IMG/VR virus record: IMGVR_UViG_3300020460_000013 | Coordinates: 1 to 64,000 of that record | Reading direction: 5' to 3' (one strand) | DNA length: 64,000 nt | Source: a virus | Taxonomy: Duplodnaviria > Caudoviricetes | Part shown: piece by piece, positions 31,461-41,311 of the stretch | How the letters are laid out: each line of letters begins with the position of its first letter | How positions within the stretch are numbered: the stretch's first letter is position 1 | Position numbers and translations under genes: made by a program | The notes under the pieces: model-generated | Seen by the model: only the letters and a program-made list of their open reading frames with translations | Told to the model about the DNA's origin: nothing | Database searches by the model: none

Positions 31461-32150
31461 TTAAACTATATTAATTGTACCATTCATATTTGCATGAGAT
31501 GTGCATTGATAGTAAAGTGTTGCAGGCGCACTCATTGGTACTTTGAATATAACTGCACCAGAACCAGCATTATTTGTTACACCAACATTATATGCTGTTC
31601 CACTTGAACCTTGTGTTGATTGTATTCTGATTGGGTGACCACCAGAAATATTATTAAATTTATATTGTTCACCTCTTCTTAAATATAAGGTCGGATCATT
31701 TTCTGATGTTGGAAACCAAACATTTCCAGTATCAGCAAAAACATAATGGTTATTTCCACTTGCAGTTATGTTAAAAGTATGCATAATTGTTTTGCCGTTT
31801 ACATCTAAGTCGCCACCAAGTTGGGGCGTAGTATCATCTACAACATTTGATAAACCACCCCCACCTATTCCAAGATTAGCAGGAGTAATCTTTTTTAGTA
31901 CACCACCATCATTTATTAAAACATGGTCTGCATCTGAACTTGATGTTGTAGTTGTGCCTGCATCTGAATTTGCTGTGGTTAATACTGTAGCACTTGCATT
32001 TGGAAATGTTAATGAATATAAATTTGTACCATCTCCAATTTTAGTATAAAATTCATTGAAATTATCGTTTATTTTATCACCAGCAGTTCTTAATGGATCT
32101 CCACTTCCATCATTAGCTGCATTACCTATTCCTATTACTTGTTTTGCCAT
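31461..32150 (-). CDS. Baseplate-anchored fibre with gp9/gp10-like N-terminus and cupredoxin-like C-terminus (229 aa)
   Basis: MAKQVIGIG..ANDGSGDPLR.A..KIN.NF motif; GGHP...LYYQCTSHANMNG. Confidence 0.75.
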   Translation of the reverse strand: MAKQVIGIGNAANDGSGDPLRTAGDKINDNFNEFYTKIGDGTNLYSLTFPNASATVLTTANSDAGTTTTSSSDADHVLINDGGVLKKITPANLGIGGGGLSNVVDDTTPQLGGDLDVNGKTIMHTFNITASGNNHYVFADTGNVWFPTSENDPTLYLRRGEQYKFNNISGGHPIRIQSTQGSSGTAYNVGVTNNAGSGAVIFKVPMSAPATLYYQCTSHANMNGTINIV

Positions 32151-32177
32151 TTTAGAATTTCTCCAAAGGTTTCCTCT

Positions 32178-32185
32178 TATTTATA
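32178..32185 (-). promoter_or_regulatory. Late promoter TATAAATA
   Basis: Exact intergenic motif. Confidence 0.75.
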
Positions 32186-34960
32186 TTACAAATCATCAAA
32201 TGTTCTGGTAGTATCATCCATAGTAACACCTACAGTATCAAGTGTTACTGATCCAGTTCTTCTTAAAATAATTTCGCCTGGTGGTTGAACATTTATTTTT
32301 ACACTCTTTGCAGTTTCTGGAATATCTCCGTTTGAATCACTCACTTGATTAATTCTGAATTGTGAAAACTGTCCAATTGTAAAATATGCACTTTGGTTTG
32401 TATCATCAAGTCTTACTTGTCTTGTAAGGCCTGGGTAGTGTGGAATTGCAACATTTGTTCCAGTTGGTGGTTGTGAAAATGCATACTTAGGTAATAGTTC
32501 TAAAGTAGGACTAAAGACACCAATTATACCACCACCTACTCCAATTTCAAATTCATAAGAACTACTAATAGTTCTTTCACGTTTGTTATCATTATCTAAT
32601 TTATTATTAGGAGAATTTGTTTCCCATATATCTTCAAACTCTGTACTGCTCATTGGATTTGTTGTATTCAATGTTGTACCATCATCAGTAGTACCTAATC
32701 TTCTTCTAAACCTTGCAGAGAATAATGTTCTAAATGTAGATGCAAGTTCTGGTGAGTATGTTGTTGTATCAGAAGTAAAGTCTATAACATCACCAGCAGC
32801 TGGATTTCGTATCTTCATAGAATGAAGTTGTGCTTCTGCAAGAGATGTTGCAATAGATACTTCACCAAATACATTCCAACCAGCAGGATGAACTGACCTT
32901 ATAATACTATCTCTCCAAGTATTAATAGATTCACCAACCTTTACTACATAAGAGTAATCTTGATAAAATCTAGAATCTTGAATCTTCATTTGTTCTTCGT
33001 CAAGTTGTCCTCTTAATCCAGAATAATCGCCACTAGAAATAACTATTGCACCATTATTTGCAGTTGCTTCTGCATGAACACATTGATGAGCAGTTGCATT
33101 TGCACTAGCTGTGGTTATAGGATCACCTTCAGTAAAGTGTTCTATTTCAGATTTTATTTCTAATAACTGTGTTGTACTATCGTAGGATTCTACAGTTCCA
33201 TCAAAGTCTAATATTATATCACCTTTATTAAAAGTACCACTTACATTTTTTACAATTACATTTTTATTGAAAGTAACAGTAGGTGGACGAACATAACCTA
33301 CACCATAGTCTTTCATTTGTATTTCTAATATTCTTCCAACACCATCAGTTGTCGTAGCAAAAACTTTTGCGTTTGATCCTGTAGAAGATGTTATTGTAAC
33401 ATCTGGAAGTTTTGTATAACCATTACCCTTTTTAGTAACTCTTATTTTTCTTATTGACGTTCTTTGTGCAGAAGGTAGAGTTTCACTTTCTAAAATAATA
33501 TTGTGACCATTTTCTAATAGAAGTCCACTATTATCTCCTAGTTGTTCTTCTTGTTGTAACTCATGCAGTTCACCATTTGCGTCTTTTATAATTAACTTGT
33601 TATGATCTGATGATCCCTCTAAGACAATATTGTCTGGATATGTATCGTTTTCTATTGTTAGAATACCACCCAATACAGCTATATTAGCAGTTGCATCAAC
33701 TCCATTTGTATTTGCATTGTTAAAAGTTACAGTATCATTGTATGTATATCCTGTACCACCATCTTCAACATAAACATCAGTTACGCCACCAGTTCCAATA
33801 CTTCGTACTTCACCTTTAACACCAACCGAAACATCTTGTGGTAAAGAAAAATGAATAATATCATTAACTCTATAATATTGTCCTCTACTAGAAAGACTAA
33901 TATTATTTGTAATACCAACAACTCTTGCAGTAATAGTAAGATCTAAAGTATTAGAAACGCCAGTAACAACCTCTCCTATAGAACCTTCTTCTCTTATTTG
34001 TTCACCACTTTCTGTAACAAGATTATCTCCATCTTCTGATAAAAGTAAATCAGCACTACCAGAATCAAAAGTTCCTAAGATTGTTCCACGATCTAAATTC
34101 AATTCTGCAATAACATCTGCACCATAAATAAATTTAGTAACACTTTGTACAACAGCTGTTGCACCAGATGTTTGTCCAGTAATAGTTTTTCCAACCAGTT
34201 GAGAAAAATCTGAATTACCATCTTCTCTAACTCTCATAAGATAATCAGTACTCCACTGACCATCAGAAAGTTTCATCATATTATCTTTTGGATATAGTAA
34301 ACTAGATTCTTGATCAAATAGTATTCTAAAAAATAACTTATGACCTTCTTCTGTACCTCTTGCTTCGTATAAATCTTTTACACTCTTAATTAAATTTCTT
34401 ATATCAATATTGTCTGTAATAGACTCAGGCAAAGATTCTAAAAATGATTTTTTAAATTTATCAAAAAAAGTATAAACTGTATTATCTATATCTGCATACG
34501 CTAATAATTGTTGTATGTTTTGTATAGGATTACCTTGATAGTTTGTAATAACAGCTTTTGCACCAGAAGTTAATCCAACTACGTTTTCACCTTCTGAAAA
34601 TTTTTGTTGTGAACTAATATAAAGTTTACCAGTAGAATCATAATCATCTACCAGTATCGTTGCAGTATATCCACTTTTATCTCCACGAATAGTTTCACCC
34701 TCATGAAACTTACCCACAGAACTTTCAAGAACAATTTTATCATCATTGTTATCAAGGATTAAATTATTGGTAAGCGTTTCTTGTGCTAAGTATTCATTAG
34801 AACCACCTAATGTTAAACAACCAGCTTCTAAAAATTGATAGTAGTGTTTAACGAAAGTTGCAAACAAAGGATGTTCAGAACGAACAAACTCTGGTAGTTG
34901 TTCCTCAATATGAGGAGATACTTTACTTTCTAATTTAGATGTTCTAGGACAGCCTGACAT
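32186..34960 (-). CDS. gp7: Baseplate wedge initiator gp7-like (924 aa)
   Basis: QLPEFV..FVKHYYQFLE, LYEARGT..LFFRILF, IQDSRFYQDYSYVVK..HPAG; follows gp6. Confidence 0.8.
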   Translation of the reverse strand: MSGCPRTSKLESKVSPHIEEQLPEFVRSEHPLFATFVKHYYQFLEAGCLTLGGSNEYLAQETLTNNLILDNNDDKIVLESSVGKFHEGETIRGDKSGYTATILVDDYDSTGKLYISSQQKFSEGENVVGLTSGAKAVITNYQGNPIQNIQQLLAYADIDNTVYTFFDKFKKSFLESLPESITDNIDIRNLIKSVKDLYEARGTEEGHKLFFRILFDQESSLLYPKDNMMKLSDGQWSTDYLMRVREDGNSDFSQLVGKTITGQTSGATAVVQSVTKFIYGADVIAELNLDRGTILGTFDSGSADLLLSEDGDNLVTESGEQIREEGSIGEVVTGVSNTLDLTITARVVGITNNISLSSRGQYYRVNDIIHFSLPQDVSVGVKGEVRSIGTGGVTDVYVEDGGTGYTYNDTVTFNNANTNGVDATANIAVLGGILTIENDTYPDNIVLEGSSDHNKLIIKDANGELHELQQEEQLGDNSGLLLENGHNIILESETLPSAQRTSIRKIRVTKKGNGYTKLPDVTITSSTGSNAKVFATTTDGVGRILEIQMKDYGVGYVRPPTVTFNKNVIVKNVSGTFNKGDIILDFDGTVESYDSTTQLLEIKSEIEHFTEGDPITTASANATAHQCVHAEATANNGAIVISSGDYSGLRGQLDEEQMKIQDSRFYQDYSYVVKVGESINTWRDSIIRSVHPAGWNVFGEVSIATSLAEAQLHSMKIRNPAAGDVIDFTSDTTTYSPELASTFRTLFSARFRRRLGTTDDGTTLNTTNPMSSTEFEDIWETNSPNNKLDNDNKRERTISSSYEFEIGVGGGIIGVFSPTLELLPKYAFSQPPTGTNVAIPHYPGLTRQVRLDDTNQSAYFTIGQFSQFRINQVSDSNGDIPETAKSVKINVQPPGEIILRRTGSVTLDTVGVTMDDTTRTFDDL

Positions 34961-34962
34961 TA

Positions 34963-36924
34963 TTAATAACCACTAGATGAAGATGAACTACTTGATGATG
35001 ATGATGAACTTGATGATGAACTACTTGCAGTACTAGCCACAGATGTTGTTGATGTTGTTGTTCCAAATGTTACTGTGCCAGTTCCTGTAGTTGTTCCACC
35101 AAAAGAACCTACATTAGTATGAGAACCAACTGATGCAGTTGTTCCATTCTGATCTGTTTGTGCAGTTATAGAAGAACCACCAAGATCAATAGAGATAAGT
35201 TGATTTCTTACTGGAATAATATCATTTGAATCTGGTATAGTAAATATATGAATCGTACCATTTCCATTAACAGTAGATGTAACATTTAAATCTGTAATAC
35301 TAATCGCACCTGTAGTATAATTAATAGTTCCAGCATTATTGTTTACATATGTTCTGGTATCTGCAACCATTCTATAAAGTCTAACAACACCAGAACCATT
35401 ATCATCTAAGAAGTGTGTTTCAGTAGAACCAGCAATTGTAAATCCTGTAGAAGATATAACAGGAGATTCATTACCATCATATGGATGATATATTTTATTA
35501 TAGAAATTTACGTCATATTGTTTTGATGTTGATATGGTAGGAGTAATGGCTTTATATAATCTTATATTCATAATGTTACTTAAAATAGAACTATCAGAAT
35601 TATCAACTAGTCTAGATAATTCTGAATATCTAAACATACCATCAAATTTTTCTAAAGTATCTCCACTATAATTACTTACAATAGTGTCAATACTACTTTG
35701 TAAATCAGTAGCAGTTTTTACAGTTTTATTAGGATCATATCTAAAGTCTATGTCTACAATAACATATAAAACTTCTGGATCTACTATTACTGGTCTTACT
35801 GATGCAATATTATATTGTTTTAAATCTGAAACAATATTTGCCTTTTGTGTTTGTGTAAGACTTGTTCCAGCGGTAGGAGATATTGAAACATATACCTGTC
35901 CATATATTGGTGGATCATTATCTTCTCCACCCCATACTTGAATACTTTTTACATTTGGATAAACTTTCGGAATAAGTGCTTTGTAATCAAATGCAGTAAC
36001 AGCTCTATTTTGTGCAGTATAACTTAATGGTGCATAATACTTTATTGATTGTATACTTTCTGGAATATCACCACCAGTTGCCTCTGCAATAGTTGTCACA
36101 GTTCCACCACTTTGTCCACCGATACTTGGTGAAGAAAATATAGATGATCCATTAGCTTCTTTTTGATTTGTAACAACATATTCTAATATAACAATATTAC
36201 CATCTACTAAACCTTGACCTAAAACATTATCACCAAAGTAAACTTCAAATTCTCCATGATGATCTTCCTGTAAAAAGTATACAGGAGATGTTGCAGTAAC
36301 ATTTGTTAATTCATTTGCAAGAGTATATGTAGTAAGTGATGTATCAGTTGCAGATGTTTGAACTGAAACTTTTAATGTTGTTGTATCAGCTCTATTACTT
36401 GTAATAATAAATTTCTTATCTGGATTGTTACTGTCTACAGTATACTTTGCTGTTGCAAGTGTACCTTCATAGATAGGAACATTTACAAAATTAGCACGAC
36501 TACCAGATACTGATGCTGTTATATCTTCATTTACTAAAAACCCATAAGTTGTTCCATCAAAATTTGTTGTAAACCTTGTTCCTTTACTCATAGTAACAGA
36601 AGTAATATTTCCATTAGTTACTGGTACAGATACATCAATAAATGCTTTTGGAGCTCTTGCAGAACGAGGAGTATACCCTAATGTTTTTGCGTGTGATACA
36701 ACGGAGTCACGAGTCGTTGCAGTATCTAAAAACATTTCATTTGTAAAATAGTTTGCATTCATCGCCAAGTAATGTGTATTATATGCGAGAAGATCTACAA
36801 GAGTAGATAAACCAGAACCTTCAAAATTATAATCTGAAAATTCACTTTGTCCTTTTAAATAGGTTTTTAAATTTGTTTTGATGTTATCAAAATCTAATTC
36901 TGTTACTTGTAATTTACCAGCCAT
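34963..36924 (-). CDS. gp6: Baseplate wedge subunit gp6
   Basis: LDFDNIK..FSDYNFEGSGLS..LAYNTHY, QNRAVT..DY; Ser-rich tail. Confidence 0.95.
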   Translation of the reverse strand: MAGKLQVTELDFDNIKTNLKTYLKGQSEFSDYNFEGSGLSTLVDLLAYNTHYLAMNANYFTNEMFLDTATTRDSVVSHAKTLGYTPRSARAPKAFIDVSVPVTNGNITSVTMSKGTRFTTNFDGTTYGFLVNEDITASVSGSRANFVNVPIYEGTLATAKYTVDSNNPDKKFIITSNRADTTTLKVSVQTSATDTSLTTYTLANELTNVTATSPVYFLQEDHHGEFEVYFGDNVLGQGLVDGNIVILEYVVTNQKEANGSSIFSSPSIGGQSGGTVTTIAEATGGDIPESIQSIKYYAPLSYTAQNRAVTAFDYKALIPKVYPNVKSIQVWGGEDNDPPIYGQVYVSISPTAGTSLTQTQKANIVSDLKQYNIASVRPVIVDPEVLYVIVDIDFRYDPNKTVKTATDLQSSIDTIVSNYSGDTLEKFDGMFRYSELSRLVDNSDSSILSNIMNIRLYKAITPTISTSKQYDVNFYNKIYHPYDGNESPVISSTGFTIAGSTETHFLDDNGSGVVRLYRMVADTRTYVNNNAGTINYTTGAISITDLNVTSTVNGNGTIHIFTIPDSNDIIPVRNQLISIDLGGSSITAQTDQNGTTASVGSHTNVGSFGGTTTGTGTVTFGTTTSTTSVASTASSSSSSSSSSSSSSSSSSGY

Positions 36925-36925
36925 T

Positions 36926-37369
36926 TTATCTTAATCTCTCTAAAAGTATATTCATTGATTGAACACCACTAGGTGAATTTATCAAAAAGAATGTTATCGT
37001 AACATTATAAGTGTTGTTATCAAAATCCTCAGTAGTATCAACACTTACTAATTCTGCTCTTGGTTCATAGGTTTCTATCAAATCTCTCACAAATGTTTTA
37101 ATAGAACTTGATACTGCACTTGTCATTGGTTCAAAAAGAGCTTTACGAATATCAGAACCAATATCTGGTTGGAATGGTCTTTCTCCTTTATTCGTATTAA
37201 TTAAATTTCTTACACTTGCTTTAACAGCTTCTACATTTGATAGTTTTGCAATATCACCAGTAACTGGATGCCTAACCATATTTAAATTTAAATCAGTAAA
37301 TACTTGTGCATTTCTAGTAGAGTCATTAGTACTCTCTGCGTCTTTAAATGCATTTGGATTTGCAACCAT
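36926..37369 (-). CDS. gp25: Baseplate wedge subunit gp25
   Basis: AVKASVRNLI.T.KGERPF.P.IGS...YEPR motif. Confidence 0.92.
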   Translation of the reverse strand: MVANPNAFKDAESTNDSTRNAQVFTDLNLNMVRHPVTGDIAKLSNVEAVKASVRNLINTNKGERPFQPDIGSDIRKALFEPMTSAVSSSIKTFVRDLIETYEPRAELVSVDTTEDFDNNTYNVTITFFLINSPSGVQSMNILLERLR

Positions 37370-37387
37370 TACGTTTCTCCCTATTTG

Positions 37388-37395
37388 TATTTATA
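37388..37395 (-). promoter_or_regulatory. Late promoter TATAAATA
   Basis: Exact intergenic motif upstream of gp25. Confidence 0.75.
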
Positions 37396-37402
37396 ACGAT
37401 TT

Positions 37403-37798
37403 CTACAAATCATGATACCTACGATTTATAATATGTTGTTCTGCAATCTCTTCTTTAGATTGTCCATGATATTCTACTGCATGATGTTCTTCAATCATCT
37501 TTTTATTGACGTTAGTATCAAACACCCACAGTTCGCCAAGTATTCTACCAAACTTTCCTCTTCCATCTTTATGAGTTTTGATTGTAACATCTCCACCATC
37601 TAACCATTTTTTTAAAAATTCAGTTGCAGCTTTTCCATATTGTTTTTCAAATGGATCACTTGTTCTTGACTCTGGTGTATCAATACCATATAGTCTAACT
37701 CTTTGATCTCTTAACCATACACCAAACCCCAAGTCAATGTCTACATCAACTGTATCACCATCAACCACCTTTGTAACTTTACATTTGTATTCAAACAT
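37403..37798 (-). CDS. Thermonuclease (SNase family)
   Basis: VVDGDT, RVRLYGIDTPE and GKFGRILG catalytic motifs. Confidence 0.92.
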   Translation of the reverse strand: MFEYKCKVTKVVDGDTVDVDIDLGFGVWLRDQRVRLYGIDTPESRTSDPFEKQYGKAATEFLKKWLDGGDVTIKTHKDGRGKFGRILGELWVFDTNVNKKMIEEHHAVEYHGQSKEEIAEQHIINRRYHDL

Positions 37799-37808
37799 TT
37801 TATTTCCT

Positions 37809-38135
37809 TTAGTTTACACTTACAGTAGAAGCACCACCTGTCATTTTACCATTTGGCAATCCAGCATCAACACCATCTCCAACTCTTGCAACAGCTTTAC
37901 CTACAACAAAAACATTAGGACTACAAGTACCAACTATTTTTGAAGTATGTTCTATACAAGTATCGCCTACTAAAATTTCATGAGAGTCAGTAGGATCTTC
38001 TTTTCTTGCAACAAGTTTACCTTCAACAAAAACAGTTGTGTTTGCAACCTCTGATGAAGGTGCAGCTAATTTACTAGTCGCATCACAGGTATGTCCTGTG
38101 TTAAGCGGATCTTCTTCTCTACATATCTTAGGCAT
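37809..38135 (-). CDS. PAAR spike-tip protein (gp5.4-like)
   Basis: TGHTC, VFVEGKLVAR.ED..H, VFVVGKAVARVGD; likely start MPKICR at 38135. Confidence 0.88.
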   Translation of the reverse strand: MPKICREEDPLNTGHTCDATSKLAAPSSEVANTTVFVEGKLVARKEDPTDSHEILVGDTCIEHTSKIVGTCSPNVFVVGKAVARVGDGVDAGLPNGKMTGGASTVSVN

Positions 38136-39900
38136 AATACTGTGCAATCTGTCCTAATTCGGTTGTTGTTTTTCCATTGTATTGTGTTATCATATCTGAT
38201 CTATTACCAGACTCCTTACAACCAAGATGAATCCAAGGCATACCAGAACCAGTAGTTCTATATTGTAATATAATAGAATCGTGTGGTAAGTTTTCTCTAA
38301 TCCATATTGCAATCTCAAAGTATTCTCCTTTACTTGCATCTGCAACCTGTATGTCAACTGCTTCACCCAATGAATGTGCAGAAGATGTACCAGGCCTTGA
38401 TTCAAAATATCCCATGTTAATTCTTAGTTTAGGATATTCTGCAAGTAATGGATCTAAACAATTAACTGCAAGAACTCTTAAATTATTAATAATCTTTTCT
38501 GCTTCTTCTTTACTTTTGTTTATTTTCTGACCTACAGGTGGTGCAAGTGTAAGTTTAGAAAGTTTATACTTGGAAGATATGTACATATTATAATCTATAG
38601 ATCCATCATCTGGAAGTTTTATCAATGAAGGTTTTACTACTGATGTAACCTTTGCGTTTTCTGTATAAAGTAATTCTGATTGTCCAGTTGAATATCCATG
38701 TTCTTTTGGAAAGTCTGGAACTGCTGGAACTGATATTAATGGTCTTGATGCACTTTCCGAATTATAGTTACCATCAATAGAATTATAACTATAATCTGAA
38801 GATGAAGAAGGTAATGCATTTCCAGATGCAACATCAGCTTTAATATCTGCATCTGATTTCGGAATATCATCTTCACCATATACAGATTGTTCATCTGCTA
38901 ATGCACTTAAATCTTTTGCATCTAATACTGTAGCTTCTACAGGTGCGTCAACTTCTTTACCTTCACTATATAAATTTACACCAGAACTATCTCTATATTT
39001 TGTATCTTCTGCATCTTGCACAGTTCCAACACTATCACTAGGATCATTTAATTTTATAGAACCACCCACAAGCGTCAAATCATTTGTTGATAGGATATCA
39101 ATCTCACTACTTGTTTTTACTGTTATTTTAGATTTTGAATTTAAAGTAATATGATTATCAGAAAGAACTTGACTATATCCTTTTATGTTGGTAAGGTAAT
39201 TGCCTTCTGCATTAATATTCATATCTGCTAAAGATTGTAATGTCATCTTTGCCACAGATGTTGCAGTTAATTCTTTCTGTGATGTAAACTCTATAGAGTC
39301 ATTTGCATAAAATCTCATATTCTTACCAGCATGAATATTAATATTCTTACCAGCGTGTAAATCTATATTCTCGTCTACCTGTCCTGTCAAAGAACCACGC
39401 ACATATAAATCTGCATCACCATCACAGTAGACTTCAATATTTCCTCTTACTCTTAACTTTTTATTCTGATGCACAATCTCATAGTCATCACCGATAATCT
39501 TTGTAACCTTTGTACCATCTGGATGTACTTCGTAAAAAGTACCAGACCTATGATATTCATGTATACGTTCATGGCCTGGAGTATCATCAAACTCTACGAT
39601 ATGACCAGACTCAGTTTCTTTTACATGATTGTATGGATACTTTGATGCATACTGTGTTTCTGGTTCTCCTACCAGATCATCTACTCTTTGTCTTTTAAGA
39701 TTGACCACAGGGTGTTGTTTAGTTGCATCATTTACTGCAAGTCTGTTTGTATCAACTTCATTAACTCTACGAGGATAAAAAGAACGAGGATCAGCAAAAC
39801 CATTAAGAGATTGTTGAGTAGAAACTTTTAGATTTACCTCTGTACCTTTTGCTGGTGGTTTATCAAATTTGATTTTTCTTTCTTCTATTTCATATGCCAT
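38128..39900 (-). CDS. gp5: gp5 C-terminal part: beta-helix spike plus M15A-type peptidase
   Basis: GFADP..YP, YPYNHVKETESGHIVEFDDTPGHERIHEYHRSGT, beta-helix repeats, SAHSLGEAVD...WIH. Confidence 0.88.
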   Translation of the reverse strand: MAYEIEERKIKFDKPPAKGTEVNLKVSTQQSLNGFADPRSFYPRRVNEVDTNRLAVNDATKQHPVVNLKRQRVDDLVGEPETQYASKYPYNHVKETESGHIVEFDDTPGHERIHEYHRSGTFYEVHPDGTKVTKIIGDDYEIVHQNKKLRVRGNIEVYCDGDADLYVRGSLTGQVDENIDLHAGKNINIHAGKNMRFYANDSIEFTSQKELTATSVAKMTLQSLADMNINAEGNYLTNIKGYSQVLSDNHITLNSKSKITVKTSSEIDILSTNDLTLVGGSIKLNDPSDSVGTVQDAEDTKYRDSSGVNLYSEGKEVDAPVEATVLDAKDLSALADEQSVYGEDDIPKSDADIKADVASGNALPSSSSDYSYNSIDGNYNSESASRPLISVPAVPDFPKEHGYSTGQSELLYTENAKVTSVVKPSLIKLPDDGSIDYNMYISSKYKLSKLTLAPPVGQKINKSKEEAEKIINNLRVLAVNCLDPLLAEYPKLRINMGYFESRPGTSSAHSLGEAVDIQVADASKGEYFEIAIWIRENLPHDSIILQYRTTGSGMPWIHLGCKESGNRSDMITQYNGKTTTELGQIAQYYA

Positions 39901-40964
39901 TAAATTGACACTCCTCTTTCTCTCGCATACTTGGTAACAGACTTCTTTCCTATCCTTACAGCCTTTGGTGGATACTTTGGAAACTCTGATGGATAAAAGT
40001 GACCCATATCATTTGGAATACTATTCTGCATATTGAAAGCTTTAAATGCAGAACGAGCTCTTCCTTTATAGTTACTATCTCCTCTTCTTCCATCATCATA
40101 AGAACCATCTGCTCTAAATATTGTTACATCAACTGCACACGCAAAGTTGTGCCAAGAGAAGCCAGGTTTTGCAGCTTTACCCATTCTACCTGCTTTATAT
40201 TTGTTATACAATTCTTGTTGTTGTGCGTTTGTTCTATATCCAGAACCTATGCTTATATCCCAACCACTATTAGATTGAAGAAAACTATTAATACCTTTTG
40301 CAATCCTATCTCTTACAAATGGTAATAATTTATTTAATGCATTTGCAGTTGTAGTTCCTCTGGTAGATAATGGAAAGTCATTTTTAGTATATGTTCTTGC
40401 ACCAGAAAATTCTGCCGTAGAAACTTCAGTATTCATAAATGAAGAGGGTGGTGCGTTTGTTGCTTTATCTGGTATACCATCTTTAGTTACTAATACTGTA
40501 GAGTCTTGAGAACTTGCTGGTAGATCAAACTCTGATGTAACCCCATCTGCAATTACTGTGTTCTCACTTATCGTGCCTGGTTCACGATTTTGATCTTGTG
40601 AATAATCATATGGAGCTCCACCTTGAGGAGCACCATTAGGGCCTATATAGCCAGGTATTGTTCCAAACACCATAGGTTCTTGTAGAAAGTCTGGATCTCT
40701 CCAAAAACCAATTACCCATGTTCCTTCTATTGGGCCTGTCGGAGAAGTTCCTACACCACCAGCGGAAGCAGATGTACAAGGTTGAATACAAAACGCCCAC
40801 GGCAAATCTTCTGTCGCAAGTTTTGTTTTATCTGATGTATGATAACCAAATACTCTAACTCGTACTCTTCCTAGTGACATAGGATCTATACGATCTTCTA
40901 CAACACCAACCCACCAGAGAAATCCATCTCTACCAGAAAAATATGATAGTCTTTGTGTTTGCAT
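39900..40964 (-). CDS. gp5: gp5 N-terminal OB-fold plus M15B/C-type peptidase
   Basis: WWVGVVEDRIDP..LGRVRVR..G.H..LPWA; SGYRT..QQ.LY..AKPGFSWHNFACAVD...DMGH. Confidence 0.88.
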   Translation of the reverse strand: MQTQRLSYFSGRDGFLWWVGVVEDRIDPMSLGRVRVRVFGYHTSDKTKLATEDLPWAFCIQPCTSASAGGVGTSPTGPIEGTWVIGFWRDPDFLQEPMVFGTIPGYIGPNGAPQGGAPYDYSQDQNREPGTISENTVIADGVTSEFDLPASSQDSTVLVTKDGIPDKATNAPPSSFMNTEVSTAEFSGARTYTKNDFPLSTRGTTTANALNKLLPFVRDRIAKGINSFLQSNSGWDISIGSGYRTNAQQQELYNKYKAGRMGKAAKPGFSWHNFACAVDVTIFRADGSYDDGRRGDSNYKGRARSAFKAFNMQNSIPNDMGHFYPSEFPKYPPKAVRIGKKSVTKYARERGVSI

Positions 40965-41001
40965 AAAAAAATCCCTTTGAAGTATTTATACTGCAAAGGG
41001 A
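40965..41001 (-). terminator. Hairpin plus U-tract containing the late promoter and RBS of gp5N
   Basis: UCCCUUUG-C-AGUA-UAAA-UACU-U-CAAAGGGA-UUUUUUU-AUG; TATAAATA at 40983-40990. Confidence 0.7.
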
Positions 41002-41032
41002 AAGTTATAGTTAAGAAATCAAAAAGGAAAAA

Positions 41033-41311
41033 TTAATCACATTGTAGTTTGTTTACAATTGTACCATTGGAATTATACTTTTGAGAAATCCAACACATTC
41101 TTTCATGTTTGTTGGTAGCCCAATTTGCAATCACATTCTTGTTGATATTTGTATTACCAACATTTACTTGATTGCCATTAAAGAGTTGGTTTAATAACAA
41201 ACCAATCATTTGTTGTTTAAGTGCATCTTGATTATTCATTCGCAATTCAAATGCATTGAGTGGATGACAACCCATAATAATTAAAGTTATAATAATTAAT
41301 AATTTTTTCAT
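41033..41311 (-). CDS. Hypothetical exported protein or lipoprotein (92 aa)
   Basis: MKK, hydrophobic stretch, IMGC. Confidence 0.6.
   Translation of the reverse strand: MKKLLIIITLIIMGCHPLNAFELRMNNQDALKQQMIGLLLNQLFNGNQVNVGNTNINKNVIANWATNKHERMCWISQKYNSNGTIVNKLQCD

Noticed and set aside
1278-40325. Numerous 60-116 aa plus-strand or nested ORFs in the structural block
   Set aside because: They are antisense or off-frame shadows of long, motif-bearing minus-strand genes, with no RBS or recognisable motifs.
39900-40470. Group I intron or intein interrupting gp5
   Set aside because: The insert encodes an M15 peptidase, not a homing endonuclease or Hint domain, and the TAATG overlap suggests translational coupling. 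Not excluded without RT-PCR.
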